64,000 bases of DNA from Eledone cirrhosa (GCA_964016885.1 OZ024749.1:48546001-48610000); one strand, 5' to 3'; counted from the stretch's first letter, positions 1 to 13,332 are shown. Made by a program: numbers and translations. Notes: generated by a model not told the origin, from the letters alone.

Positions 1-498
1 AAAAATACCAACGTATATGTGTGTACAGACACATACACAAACACACACACACACACATATATACATTATACATATATATTTATATACATAGAGGGAGATA
101 GAGAGAGTGAAATGTGGTGGCTTTCTGTCAGTTTCCACGATGTCCATTCCTTTCCATCAATCAATTGAACAAACTACTCAATGAATTCGATGTTAAATGG
201 CTATGTATTCACAAAATACGTAAACGTTTAGCGTAAACCTAGGGCAGATTATGTGTAATATAGTGTTTGGTGAGACTTGCCTTTTAAATACAGATACAGA
301 CCAACTCTCTTGCCTGCACTCATTAGAGGAAGTCACGACCAAGCGGCTATTAGCGACTCCTCGCTTCGATGCCGTCCCGGGTTCGATACAAATACCTTGA
401 ATCTCGGGCAATTTTGACTGACTACAATTTCGATTTCTCTCATTCTCCGAACTCTTGTTAGGCGAATTACATATGCCATATGTATATATATATATATA

Positions 499-567
<69 letters not shown>

Positions 568-597
568 GCACACACAGACACATACATACACACACAT

Positions 598-641
<44 letters not shown>

Positions 642-760
642 TATGCATATAGACACCTGAAACATTTTCTCTTTTATTAACCACTCTCTCTTTTCTTTAT
701 AGCAACACACACACACACATACATACATGTATATATATATATACATACACATATATATAT

Positions 761-818
<58 letters not shown>

Positions 819-870
819 ATATATAACAACACAGAGAGTAACATTTTTTTTTTTTTTACTTTTGACTTAC

Positions 871-1321
871 CTCGTCTGGGAACATAGAGATTTAGGCTTA
901 AACAATCTTCTAGTTGTTTGGAAAGTAAAGGTGCTATCCTTTTGTAGTGCTCATAACGGCTCTCAGGTATTTTTCCTTTTAATTCGTTGAGATCGGGAAC
1001 ATTCTGTGGGCACACGGGACTCATCTCAAGAACCACTCTGGTACCGGTCCATTTCTCCATTGGACTGGTGGGAGGCATGAAACGAAGGTTGCCTCTAAGT
1101 AAAGAGGCGTAGGGCAATCCTAGATACGCATCGACTGGTTTGAGATGACGGTTAGGGAATTCCACCATCACACCTCTGACCGTTCCGTAACGCGTGGTCA
1201 CCACCCTGTCACTTAAAGTACGCGTGAAAACCACACACTCGCCGATGTTTAAAACCAGAACCACAAGGAGAATAGAGACACATGCTGATCCGATAAAGGG
1301 CGATGTTACAGTTCCACCCAT
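871..1321 (-). CDS. NLGN: First coding exon of a neuroligin-family (cholinesterase-like adhesion) gene; the rest of the gene lies left of the window
   Basis: ATG at 1321 in good context (GAAATGG). Hydrophobic signal peptide ([14 protein letters not shown]), then [12 protein letters not shown]...[12 protein letters not shown]...LRFMPP...PVCPQ...[21 protein letters not shown], typical of the neuroligin esterase-domain N-terminus. Ends at a canonical donor GAG|GTAAGT at 871/870 (phase 1, 150 codons + 1 nt). The paralogue cannot be assigned. Confidence 0.9.
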
Positions 1322-1368
1322 TTCTTTTTCGGGTGAAATAGCAAGAGAATTTTTCCTATTGATTGCAT
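1306..1368 (-). promoter_or_regulatory. Out-of-frame upstream ORF (20 aa) overlapping the neuroligin start codon
   Basis: ATG at 1368 reads [20 protein letters not shown] and stops 15 nt downstream of the main ATG's A. Only relevant if this sequence is in the mature 5' UTR. Confidence 0.35.
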
Positions 1369-1556
1369 GACACTTTGAAGTTGGATTACGTCTTTGCAAA
1401 GGACATCACTTAGGTTTGGCTTGTATAACGAAACAACCGCCACGATCTCGGAGAGAATTTTTCAATTTACACTGCTTCTCCTCTCTCTATCTCTCTCGCG
1501 CGCTCGCTCTATATCTCTCTCACTTATTTTTTTTTTAATTTCCTTATATATATATG

Positions 1557-1589
<33 letters not shown>

Positions 1590-1896
1590 TTAGTTTTGTT
1601 TGGTGATTACTTAAACTTTTTTTTTTTTGTCAAGGGCCTTTTTGTTTCTTGGTTTTTTGTTTGTTCGCCATTCTTTAATCATTCTTGAATCTTTTTTTTT
1701 TCCTTTTCTCTTTCTTTTTTGTTAAATAAATAAATAAATATAAATGGCAGCGCGGCAGTTAAAAATTTTACAAATATATTCTGTCTGAATGTCTGACCGT
1801 CTGTTTATCTGTCTGTTTGTCTGGATATTTAGTGAATGTGTATATGCGTATAGCTATGTGTGTGGAAGTATGAATGTTTATGCGTGAATACATACA

Positions 1897-1951
<55 letters not shown>

Positions 1952-2128
1952 CTTTATATACATACGTGTGTGTCAAATTGTGGGTGTATAATGATGAGGT
2001 ATTTCGGTATTTTTTTTTTTTTTCTGGTTTTCTTTATATTTAACCTGAGATAATATCTTTCTGTTTCATATTCAGTTCGTGTGAAGTTATATATGTATAT
2101 ACCGGTATGTTTATGTATGAATATGTGG

Positions 2129-2182
<54 letters not shown>

Positions 2183-2653
2183 ATGTATGTATACTATATT
2201 ATGTATATATGAGTGCGTGTGTGTCTATGTATGTGTAAGTTTTTCAGGTGTTAATGCGTGTATATTTTAGTATGTATGTGTAGGTGTATATCTTTTTTTT
2301 TTTTTATAGAGATATCTGTTACCTATCATCATTTATTTTTCCAAACGATATATGATGGATTCTTTTCTATTTATGCTTGGATGGATTGATGGATAGATGG
2401 ATGGAAAAGGAATTCGCGTGTATGTATGTATGTATGTGATTTTATTTGCTTGTGTATATAATAATGTACGTACATTTGTGTGCATATATTTAGCTCCAGG
2501 CATGAATATCCGTTTGTGTGTTTATATAAGTTGTATTCCTTCATGTGTAGAATTATAAAAATATTGTATATATATAGTCCGAAATTTTGCGCCAGTAGTT
2601 CGGGTGGTGATATTGTTGTTGATATTGTTGTCGGAATAGATGCTGGTAGCCAC

Positions 2654-2664
2654 AATGATGATGA

Positions 2665-2700
<36 letters not shown>

Positions 2701-2914
2701 TGGTGATGGTGATGGTGATGGTGATGGTGTTAGTGATAATGATGATGATGATGATGCTGCTGAGGGGGAGATGCTAGGGATGATATTATTAGTGATGATG
2801 GATAAATTGCTTTTTGATAAATGCCGCTCTTTGACACTCTTGCTCTCGTTCGCAACAACAACAACGACGACGATGATGATGATGATGATGATATGAGATA
2901 TGAACGACGACGAG

Positions 2915-2958
<44 letters not shown>

Positions 2959-3051
2959 TGGCGGCGGCGACGACGGCGACGGCTGCGGTGACAACGTTGA
3001 CGTTGATGATACTGCTAGGGATTTTTTGGGTAAATATGATAAGGTTGGTGT

Positions 3052-3086
<35 letters not shown>

Positions 3087-3845
3087 GTGGCAATGATGAT
3101 GACGACGACGATGATGATGGTGGTGGTGGTGGTGGCGGCGGCGGCGGTGCTAATTACAACAACAACGGCAACGACGATGACGACGACGACGACGCTGGGT
3201 GTGGTGGGTGATGGTGGTGGCGACGGCGGCGGCGGCGGCGGATGTCGTTTATACCGATGACGAAGGGAAGGAGAGGAGGAAGGTGGCGAGCTTGAATTGG
3301 AGATAGGGGGGGTGATGTGTGTGGTGGTGGTGGAGGAGAGGAGGAGAAGGAGGAGGAGGCGCCGGTAGAGACTGTGTCAGTGAAGGTGGTGGTGGTGGTG
3401 GTGGTGGCTGAGTCGGTGCTTGTGGCGATGGCGGCGGTGGCGATGAAGAGGTGTGACGTGGAAGGAGGACTAAACAACAATTTAGCGATGCCTTGCGTGG
3501 CCGGTATTACTGCTGCTGTTGCTGTTGCTGTTGCTGCTATTACTGCTGCTGCTGCTGCTGCTGCTGCTGTTGAAATTTGCTGCTGCCTGTTGCTGTTGTT
3601 ATTATTGTTGTTGTTGTTGCCGTTGTTATTATTATTAATAATATTTATGTTGCTATTGTTGCTGTTATTGTTGTTGATGCTGTTGTTGTTGTTGTTGGTG
3701 TTGTTGTTGTTGTTGTTGATGTTGCTGTTGCTGTTGTTATTGTTGTTGTTGTTGTTGATGTTGCTGTTGGTGTTGTTTTTGTTGTTATTAATGCCGCTGC
3801 TGTCCTCGTTGATGCTGTTCTTATTAGCAGCGGTCTTACATCGGG
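2654..3845. repeat. Mosaic of trinucleotide/hexanucleotide repeats: (GAT)n, (GAC)n, (GACGGC)n, (GGT)n, (GCT)n, (GTT)n
   Basis: Directly visible tracts; they explain the poly-D/S/V/L pseudo-ORFs. Confidence 0.95.
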
Positions 3846-5668
3846 TGATGGTGGTGGTGGTGGTGGTGGTGTAGTATGGTGGAGGTGTGTGGTGGTGGTG
3901 TAGTGTGGTGGTGGTGGTGGTGGTGGTGGTGGTGTAGTATGGTGGAGGTGTGTAGTGGTGGTGTAGTGTGGTGGTAGTGATGTGGTGGTGGTGGTGTAGT
4001 ATGGTGGAGGTGTGTGGTGGTGGTGTAGTGTGTGGTGGTGGTGGTGGTGGTGGTGGTGGTGTAGTATGGTGGAGGTGTGTGGTGTTGGTGTGGTGTGTGG
4101 TGATGGTGTGTTGGTGGTGGTGTAGTATGGTGGAGGTGTGTGGTGTTGGTGTGGTGTGGTGATGGTGTGTTGGTGGTGTAGTATGGTGGAGGTGGGTGGT
4201 GGTGTAGTGTGGTGGTGGTGTGTTGGTGGTGTAGTATGGTGGAGGTGTGTGGTGGTGGTGTAGTGTGGTGGTGATGTGGTGGTGGTGTAGTATGGTGGAG
4301 GTGTGTGGTGGTGGTGTGGTGTGGTGATGGTGTGTTGGTGGTGGTGTAGTATGGTGGAGGTGTGGTGGTGGTGTGTGATGGTTGTGGCGGTGGTGTGTGG
4401 TGGTGGTGTGGTGGTTGTGGTGGTGTAGTACGGTGGAGGTGTGGTGGTGGTGTGGTGGTTGTGGTGGTGTAGTGTGATGGAGGTGTGTGGTGGTGGTGTA
4501 GTATGGTGGAGGTGTGTAGTGGTGGTGTGGTGGTTGTAGTGGTGTAGTGTGGTGGAGGTATGTGGTGGTGGTGTAGTGTGGTGGAGGTATGTGGTGTAAT
4601 ATGGTGGAGGTGTATGGTGGTGGTGTGGTGGTTGTGGTGGTGTAGTATGGTGGAGGTGTGGTGGAGTTGTATGGTGGTGGTGTGGTGGTTGTGGTGGTGT
4701 AGTGTGGTGGAGGTATGTGGTGGTGGTGTGGTGGTTGTGGCGGTGTAGTGTGGTGGAGGTGGGGTGGTGGTGTGTGGTGGTGGTGTGGTGGTTGTGGTGG
4801 TGTAGTGTGGTGGAGGTATGTGGTGGTGGTGTAATATGGTGGAGTTGTATGGTGGTGGTGTGGTGGTTGTGGTGGTGTAGTGTGGTGGAGGTATGTGGTG
4901 GTGGTGTGGTGGTTGTGGCGGTGTAGTGTGGTGGAGGTGTGTGGTGGTAGTGTAGTGTGAAGGTGTGTGGTGGTGGTGTAGTATGGTGGAGGTGTGTAGT
5001 GGTGGTGTGGTGGTTGTGGTGGTGTAGTGTGGTGGAGGTATGTGGTGGTAGTGTAGTATGGTGGAGGTGTGGTGGTGTGTGGTGGTGTAGTGTGGTGGTG
5101 TAGTGTGGTGGAGGTGTGTGGTGGTAGTGTAGTATGGTGGAGGTGTGGTGGTGGTGTGGTGGTGTGTGGTGGTGTAGTGTGATGGAGGTGTGTGGTGGTA
5201 GTGTAGTGTGGTGGAGGTGTGGTGGTGTGTGGTGGAGGTGTGGTGGTGGTGTGGTGGTGTGTGCTGGTGTAGTGTGGTGGTAGTGTAGTATGGTGGAGGT
5301 GTGGTGGTGTGTGGTGGAGGTGTGTGGTGGTAGTGTAGTGTGGTGGAGGTGTGGTGGTGGTGTGGTGGTGTGTGGTGGTGTGTGGTGGAGTAGTGTGGTG
5401 GTGTAGTGTGGTGGAGGTACGTGGTGGTGGTGTAGTATGGTGGAGGTGTGGTGGTGGTGTGGTGGTGTGTGGTAGTGTAGTGTGGTGGTGTGTGGTGGTG
5501 GTGTAGTGTGGTGGAGGTGTGGTGGTGTGTGGTGGAGGTGTGTGGTGGTAGTGTAGTGTGGTGGTGTGTGGTGGTGGTGTGTGGTGGTAGTGTAGTGTGG
5601 TGGTGTGTGGTGGTGGTGTGTGGTGGTAGTGTAGTGTGGTGGTGTGTGGTGGTGGTGGTGTAGGTGGT
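3846..5668. repeat. ~1.8 kb G/T-rich degenerate minisatellite built from GTAGT(A/G)TGGTGGAGGTGTGTGGTGGTGGT modules
   Basis: Dozens of variant copies of a ~25-30 nt module; the plus strand is nearly devoid of C. Confidence 0.95.
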
Positions 5669-5949
5669 AAAATCAGGCAGCGTCTAGATGTAGCGCGTAG
5701 CAGTACTGATGCTGCTGCACTTACTACTGCTGCTGCTAAAACAATTTCTCAACTATGCTTAAGATGACGACGATGATGATGATGATTGTGATAATGATTA
5801 TAGTATTGCTGATTATAATAGTGATTAATGAATTAGATTAGTGATGTTGCTTAAGATGATGGTGATGCTGATGATTACGCCCGTTTTGTTTGTTTATTTG
5901 TGTTATTTGTCTCGTTTGTTACCTTAGCTGGAGGTAATAGTACAGGTAA

Positions 5950-5950
5950 A

Positions 5951-5992
<42 letters not shown>

Positions 5993-6129
5993 CAGCAGTT
6001 GTTGCTGTTGTTGTTGTTGTTGTTGTTGTTATTCTAATAGTAGTAGCTCTTGTTGTTGTTTTAGTAGTAGTATTAGTAGTAGTTGTAGTAGTAGTAGTCG
6101 TTGGTGTTGCTGTTGTTGTTGTAGTAGTT

Positions 6130-6173
<44 letters not shown>

Positions 6174-6182
6174 TGCCGTTGC

Positions 6183-6216
<34 letters not shown>

Positions 6217-6316
6217 ATTCTAATAGTAGTAGCTCTTGTTGTTGTTTTAGTAGTAGTTGTAGTAGTAGTACTAGTCGTTATTGTTGCTGCCGTTGTGGTA
6301 GTAGTTGTAGTAGTAA

Positions 6317-6358
<42 letters not shown>

Positions 6359-7821
6359 AAGTAGTAGTAGTAGTGGTGGTGGTTGTGGTGGTGGTGGCGG
6401 TGGCGGTGTAGTTTGTTGTTATTGTTGGTTGTTGTGTTTGTTTTGATTTTTGCAGATCGTTCTGGTTATGTTGGTGGTGGCGTAGTGTGTTAGTCGTGGT
6501 GTTTTTGTGGTGGCGGTTGGTGGTGGTGGTGGTGCAGCTTGTGGAATTGGTGGAGTTTCTGGCCTGGTATTTCTTATAGTAACTGTTGTTAGTGGTTTTG
6601 ATAACAGTATTGGAGTTAGTGGTGGTGGTGGTGGTGGTGGTGGTGGACGTAGTTGCGTATATGTGAGAGTGTGTTATTAAAAAAAAATATATATATTCTT
6701 AGTAGTTGTGGTTTTCATTGATGATGTTGATGCTGATATTGTGACTGGTATTATAGATGTGAGAGATAGTGATGATGTTGTTGGTGTTGGGATTCATGTT
6801 GATGTTGTTGATGATGTTATGTTGATGGTCGTAGTGTTTAGTGGTGTGGCTCATGGAAAGGCGGTGGATGTGTGTTTTGAAGGAGGTCGCGAGTATGATG
6901 ATGTTTATGAAGTTAATTTGGAAAAGGATGATTGTGACAACAGCACCGCTAAATACCCTTTTTAACCCTTATTATGAAATGGGCTACACTGATATTATGT
7001 AAAGCGAAACACAAACATAAACGCACACATACATACACTCACACACACACGCACTTACAACCGTCACACACACACACAAACAAAGAAATATTTTGGGAAA
7101 ATAAAAAAAAAATTCGCAAAGACACTAACAAAAATCACTGTGAACATAAAACATATGTAAAATAGTATAACTGGTGGAACGTGTAATAGTAATTGTTTGT
7201 GAAGTAGTATGTGTAGTATTACTACTACAACTTATGATGTTTTGCGGGAGTATTAGTAATTGCTGAATTAGTAGTAGTATAACACTTGGAAGTATTACTC
7301 GCACTTTCACTCTAAAAAAATATGATTTTTGGTAAAAATGATATTATACAAAGTCAAATTATGTGTAGTAGTAGTCGTTGTAGTAGCAGTAGTAGTATTA
7401 CTAGTAATAGTATCCATAACAGTAGTATCCATTGTAATATCCAAAGAAGTAGTAGTACTAGTAGTTACACACACATATATATATATATAGTTGGTTACTT
7501 GGATGGTTCGTTTAATAATAGTAATAGTAGTATTTGTAGTATTTCGAAACTACAAGCATTTACAACAGTAACATCAACACAAGTAGAACTGTAACAGCAG
7601 CAACAGCTGCAGTAGTAGTAGTAGCAGGAGCTGTAGTAGTGATAGCAGCGGTGGCAGTGTCGGCAGCAGTAGCAACAGTTGCAAGCAGTAGTAGTAGTAG
7701 TAGTAGCAGTAGTAGCAATATTAGTAGTAATGGTGGTGGTGGTAGTAATAATATTATTGGCAGTAGTAGTGGTCGTAGCAGTAGTGGTAGTACTAGGACA
7801 GATAATAGTTGTAGTAGTATT

Positions 7822-7876
<55 letters not shown>

Positions 7877-8190
7877 AGGTGGTGCTGGTAGTAATAGTAG
7901 TATCAGTAGTAGTGGCAGTAATAGTGGCAGTAGTAGTAGTGGTAATAACAGAAGTGATAGTAGTAGTTGTAGAATTAGTAATAGTAGTTATAGGTAATAT
8001 AATTGGAGGTAGGTAGTAGAAGTAGTGGTATATAGTAGTGGCGCTAGTAGCAATAGTAGTGTTTACGAAGTAGTATTACCAAAATAAATGCGTGTAGGAG
8101 TAATACTAGTAGTGTCAATGTTAGTAGCTGTTGTATTAGTAGTGGTGGTTTTATAAGTACTAGTATAAGTAGTAACAATATTAGTAGTAT

Positions 8191-8268
<78 letters not shown>

Positions 8269-8376
8269 CAGCAGCAGCAGCAGAAACAGTAATAATAGTA
8301 GTAGCAGTTGTATTAACAATATCAGCAACAGTGTTAACGGCAGTCGATGTTTTTGTAGCTGTAGAAGTAGTAGTAC

Positions 8377-8433
<57 letters not shown>

Positions 8434-8461
8434 CAGTAGTAGTAGTAGTAGCAGCAGCAGC

Positions 8462-8519
<58 letters not shown>

Positions 8520-8640
8520 TGATGATGATGATGAGGGAGGGGGTCTAAATAAGTAGTGGTAGTAATGATAGTGTTAGCAGCAGCAACAGAAGCAGCAGTA
8601 TTAATACTATCAGCAGCAGCAATAGCAGCAGTAGTAGTAG
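5950..8640. repeat. (TAG)n/(GTT)n/(CAG)n compound microsatellite region with short unique spacers
   Basis: Long tracts at about 5950-6410, 7610-8050 and 8190-8520. Confidence 0.9.
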
Positions 8641-9012
8641 TATAAGCCGCTCTAGTCGCACTTTCTTTAGTACTGCATCAAAGAATTTCTAGTTGCAGTA
8701 TATATTGGAGTGTGGAAGAATATACATACGGAAAAATAGAAGGAGCTGAATTATTAACAAAATTAATAAAATTTATAATGATGTTAATAGACAATAATAT
8801 GCCGGGTAGATGTCGGTGTATGTGTGTCTATATAAGAGTGTGAGTATGTGTGTATTTGTGTGTGTATACGTGTGTGTTTGTGGGATGTGGTGGTTCGTGT
8901 GTGAGTGAGGAAATCAAGATTTATTTGTTAACGTAATGAAAAAAAGAGAGAGATCGTAAAAAGCTATGTAACAGCGACTATGACTGTATCTCTTAGATAG
9001 ATAGAGTAGTAG

Positions 9013-9052
<40 letters not shown>

Positions 9053-9135
9053 TTATATATATATATATATGTTATTTATGTATATATATATATATATATA
9101 ACGAATATTGTGGAGGCGAGTGAGAAAGAGCGAGA

Positions 9136-9270
9136 GAAGAAGAAGAAGAAGAAGAAGAAGAAGAAGAAGAAGAAGAAGAAGAAGAAGAAGAAGAAGAAGA
9201 AGAAGAAGAAGAAGAAGAAGAAGAAGAAGAAGAAGAAGAAGAAGAAGAAGAAGAAGAAGAAGAAATAATA

Positions 9271-9301
<31 letters not shown>

Positions 9302-9443
9302 TTGTTTCTAGTTTTAGGCCCAAGGCCAGAAATCCCAGTGCATTACTGGTACTTTATTTTATCGAACCCGTAAGGTTGAAAGGCATAGTCAACCTCGGCG
9401 GGATCTGAACTCAGATCGTAAAGGGACAAAGAAGAAGAAGAAG

Positions 9444-9475
<32 letters not shown>

Positions 9476-9492
9476 GAAGAAGAAGAAGAAGA
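9136..9492 (-). mobile_element. Head-truncated tRNA-derived SINE (9301-9428) between (GAA)n tracts
   Basis: Matches the dominant SINE (ATTGTTTCTA...GGCC...CAGTGCATTACTGGTACTTTATTTTATCGA.CCCGTAAGG.TGAAAGGCA...GAACTCAGA); flanked by (GAA)n/(AAT)n. Confidence 0.85.
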
Positions 9493-9787
9493 ATGATGAT
9501 ATATATGATGATGATGTATAAAAAGAAGAAGAGTGAACAAAAGTGTGTATGACTTTGAGAAGATATGTTAACCTATGGAAAGTAAGATATTGAGAAAGTA
9601 AGAAGGGAACAGTGGAAGAAACTAGAATAGAATCACGCTCGCACAACCTTTAGTTCAAAACGGGCAGAAGTCTGTCATAGGTTAGGAAAAAATCAGAGAA
9701 TTGAAGCCTAAGTGTGAAGATGTACGACTGTTTGAGTCCGTTTAGGAGTATGTGAGCGTGTATGTAGTATGTGTGCGTACAAGTGAG

Positions 9788-9865
<78 letters not shown>

Positions 9866-9920
9866 CACATATCCATGCATGTACATGTATATATACATAC
9901 CCGTATATAATACATGCATA

Positions 9921-9952
<32 letters not shown>

Positions 9953-9953
9953 A

Positions 9954-10008
<55 letters not shown>

Positions 10009-10020
10009 TGTAAGTACATA

Positions 10021-10065
<45 letters not shown>

Positions 10066-10094
10066 ACATATATATATAAATATGTAAGTACATA

Positions 10095-10135
<41 letters not shown>

Positions 10136-10174
10136 ATACATATGTAAGTACAAATGCATCTTTCTATCTATCTA

Positions 10175-10209
<35 letters not shown>

Positions 10210-10217
10210 CTTTTGTT

Positions 10218-10258
10218 TCTTTAATGACGAAGGTCTAATGTCCGATATTTTGAGGACA
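10218..10258 (+). ncRNA. Heavily decayed hammerhead-like motif, probably the same family as 32.9 and 53.6 kb
   Basis: aTGACGA-AGGTCTAATGTCC-GATATTTTG inside an island flanked by (TA)n. Confidence 0.3.
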
Positions 10259-10352
10259 CTTCACTTTTTCTTAGAATACTTTTTAGCAATTGTTCGATGT
10301 TTGTTTTTCAATTTTGCTCTCCCTTTAGATACACATTATATATATGCATATA

Positions 10353-10480
<128 letters not shown>

Positions 10481-10484
10481 TATA

Positions 10485-10594
<110 letters not shown>

Positions 10595-10658
10595 CAGACT
10601 GTTTTGATCTCTTAAATGATTCTTGATGATGATGTTGGAGTAGAATATACTGTAATGT

Positions 10659-10700
<42 letters not shown>

Positions 10701-11076
10701 GAGGAGGAGGAGCAACAGCAGCAGCATCAACTTCGATTCCAACAGTAGCAACAGTATAGAACTTAGAAAAAAGGTGAAACATTATGTTCGCTTCGCGGCT
10801 TGTCTCTTAACACTTTCGGCAGAATCTAATTTGTTGTTTAGCTTATAGGAAAAGAAGTACAGTATCTTTTTTCGTTACAGAAACGAAATACTACTATTAA
10901 TTGTTTCTGACATTGGTTGAAGACTGGCACAACTTTGTGGAGAGTTGCTACCTTAACAAAATTAAACACGGTGCATAGCTGGTATTTTAAACTATCGACT
11001 ACGAAATGAAAATTAATGTATGAGAGAAAAAAAAAGTCTAAGTCTGTATTAAACCAGAAGGTTCATTTTTACTTGT

Positions 11077-11290
11077 GCTTATCTTGGTTTCATGGCGTGA
11101 AGCGACGTAGGGTACAAAACTCCCACCTGGAAAAGGCGCCAGACCATCGCAGGTTTTACTGATACTCGATTTACTAGAGCAACGTGAAATGAAGTGTTTT
11201 GCTCAAGAACACAACATGCAACCCAGGAATCGAACCTATAGCATTATGATCGTAAGTCCAACACACTTACCACTAGGCCACGTGCCTCCG
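11077..11290 (-). mobile_element. tRNA-derived CORE-type SINE (second family)
   Basis: Minus strand: A box TGGCCTAGTGG, B box GGTTCGATTCC, CORE-like TGTGTTCTTGAGCAAAACACTT, then CCTGCGATGGTCTGGCG..TCCAGG. Confidence 0.75.
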
Positions 11291-11514
11291 CGTATGGGAG
11301 TAAGGCAAATTGAAAAATCTAAGAATTAAGAAAAAATAAAAAAGTATAGTCACAAGGTCACAGGTATGTAGGGATCAATGGGGAATTATGTATTGGCTAG
11401 TATCTTTTTAATCAAGCCTTCATAGAGAGAAAGGGTGGAGAGATAACTAGATATATAGATAGAGAGAGATAAGAGAGAAGGTAAAGTGAAATAGAAGTAA
11501 AAACGAGTTATATA

Positions 11515-11665
11515 GAGAGGGCGGAGATTGTTAGATAAGGAGAGATGAGAGAAAAGGAGATATATAGAGAGAGTTCGGAGATTGTTAGATGATGAGAGAT
11601 GAAAGAAAAGAAGATATATATAGAGAGCGGATATTGTTAGATGGGGAGAGATTAAAGAGATAAGA
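11515..11665. repeat. Three degenerate ~55 bp purine-rich tandem units
   Basis: CGGA(G/T)ATTGTTAGAT..GAGAGAT recurs near 11522, 11576 and 11628. Confidence 0.7.
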
Positions 11666-12100
11666 GAGAGAGAAGGAGATATATAGTGAGGAAAGAAAGG
11701 AGAAAGTGATGAGAGAGAGAAAGAGAGACAGAGAGAGAGATCGGAGTTAGTGTAGCGAGAGAAAGAGAAGTTAGAGAATAGAGAGAGAAAGAGAAACCAT
11801 CAAAAAGTGTGAAACGGAAGTGAGTTGTATCAAATAGAATTCTGGAGAGATGTTACTTCATAACGAAAAAAATATATCTAAATAAATAAATAAATAAGAA
11901 GGTATGTAATGAAATACGGAAGGCTATTTTGTCTGGAATCCTACTGATGCCGACATCCACCTTTCTAACTACGCTGATGGTGACGACGGCGAAACTGATG
12001 GTCACGTTGTTGATGCTTATGTAATTATTCAGGAAAATACTCATACACACACACACATTGTATATATATATATATATATATACATATATAATATAATATA

Positions 12101-12138
<38 letters not shown>

Positions 12139-12142
<4 letters not shown>

Positions 12143-12318
12143 GGAACGAGTAGGACCCCGACGGCTGAGCTCAAGCGGTTTCGACGAATTAGCCGTCGAA
12201 ACGGCTTGAGCTCAGCCGTCGGGGTCCTATTCGTTCCTATTACCCACTCTACTACCCTAAGTATTGAGTAATTTGATGCGTTATGGTCCACCTGGTTCCT
12301 TACCACACTTCCTTCGTT
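12139..12318 (+). mobile_element. Short element in (TA)n with a ~100 bp fold-back and the 3' half of a hammerhead motif; second copy at 51.3 kb
   Basis: ATAGGAACGA...TTTCGACG-aattagc-CGTCGAAA...TCGTTCCTAT inverted repeat. GAAACGG-CTTGAGCTCAG-CCGTC forms stem III plus a GTC site. Confidence 0.7.
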
Positions 12319-12337
12319 ATATATGTATATATATAAG

Positions 12338-12370
<33 letters not shown>

Positions 12371-12412
12371 GTGTTTGTGTATGAGCGTGCGTGTGTCTGT
12401 GTGTGTTTGTGT

Positions 12413-12443
<31 letters not shown>

Positions 12444-12761
12444 ATTAAATTTAAATCATTAACCATTTTCTTTATACCATTTGAGATGCGAACCGAGTTA
12501 ACATGTTTCATAACCTAGACTAACGTATGACACAAATCACCGGCAATAATGTTATTATTATAACGATTTGTTTTTACCGTTGTAACATTGTACTAACTCT
12601 GCGATATCATATTATTACAGTATATGTTTGGTGTTTGCATGGTCTACACGTAGTATATCAATGGTGTCTGTTGTATTGATGGCGCTGGTCGTAGTAGTAT
12701 TAGTAGTTGTAGTAGTAACAAGCTAGGGTCGTTTAGAATCGACAACATAGGGCATATCTAG

Positions 12762-12838
<77 letters not shown>

Positions 12839-12854
12839 CACACACATACACACA

Positions 12855-12900
<46 letters not shown>

Positions 12901-13156
12901 CATATGTGTGTATGTGTGTGTGTGTGTGTGTACGGGTAAATTCGAAGCTGCTTGAACTGCTATAAGTTTAACATTACCTACTTGCAGGCAGCTTCGTTAC
13001 TGTTATTGTTCGGAGCCTTATTACCATTAAAGAAATTCTAGCAAATTTGCAAAACTATTTGTCGGATTATACTAGTTCTTTTCAACTAGAGAATTAGCAT
13101 TCCGAATTTCATATCATTCTCCACAATTTATACTTGAGTAAAATTATTCATTTGCG

Positions 13157-13219
<63 letters not shown>

Positions 13220-13297
13220 TTATATGTATAATATATGTGTGTGTGTGAGAAAAACCACAGATGTGAGAAAAACCACAGACCCTCCATCTCAACTCTA

Positions 13298-13332
13298 CTT
13301 TTGAAAAGCAGAAGAACTGCGAAACCGTAAAG
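13298..13332 (+). ncRNA. Minimal type I hammerhead, U3-A8 variant, one base lost in loop III; within a ~150 bp element at 13246-13402
   Basis: CTT-TTGAAAA-GCAG(aagaa)CTGC-GAAACCGTA-AAG. The host island matches 18391-18540. Confidence 0.55.

Noticed and set aside
333-470. tRNA-like B box (GGTTCGATAC) in the neuroligin intron
   Set aside because: No cloverleaf or clear A box; at most a decayed repeat.
677-870. C-terminal part of the 240 aa ORF (KSKVKKKK...YIYI)
   Set aside because: Read-through past the GTAAGT donor into the intron.
1322-1399. N-terminal 26 aa of the 240 aa ORF
   Set aside because: Starts at TTG. The ATG at 1321 has good context and directly precedes the signal peptide.
6708-6965. 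85 aa D/V-rich ORF
   Set aside because: Low-complexity, derived from GAT/GTT repeats, with no recognisable domain.
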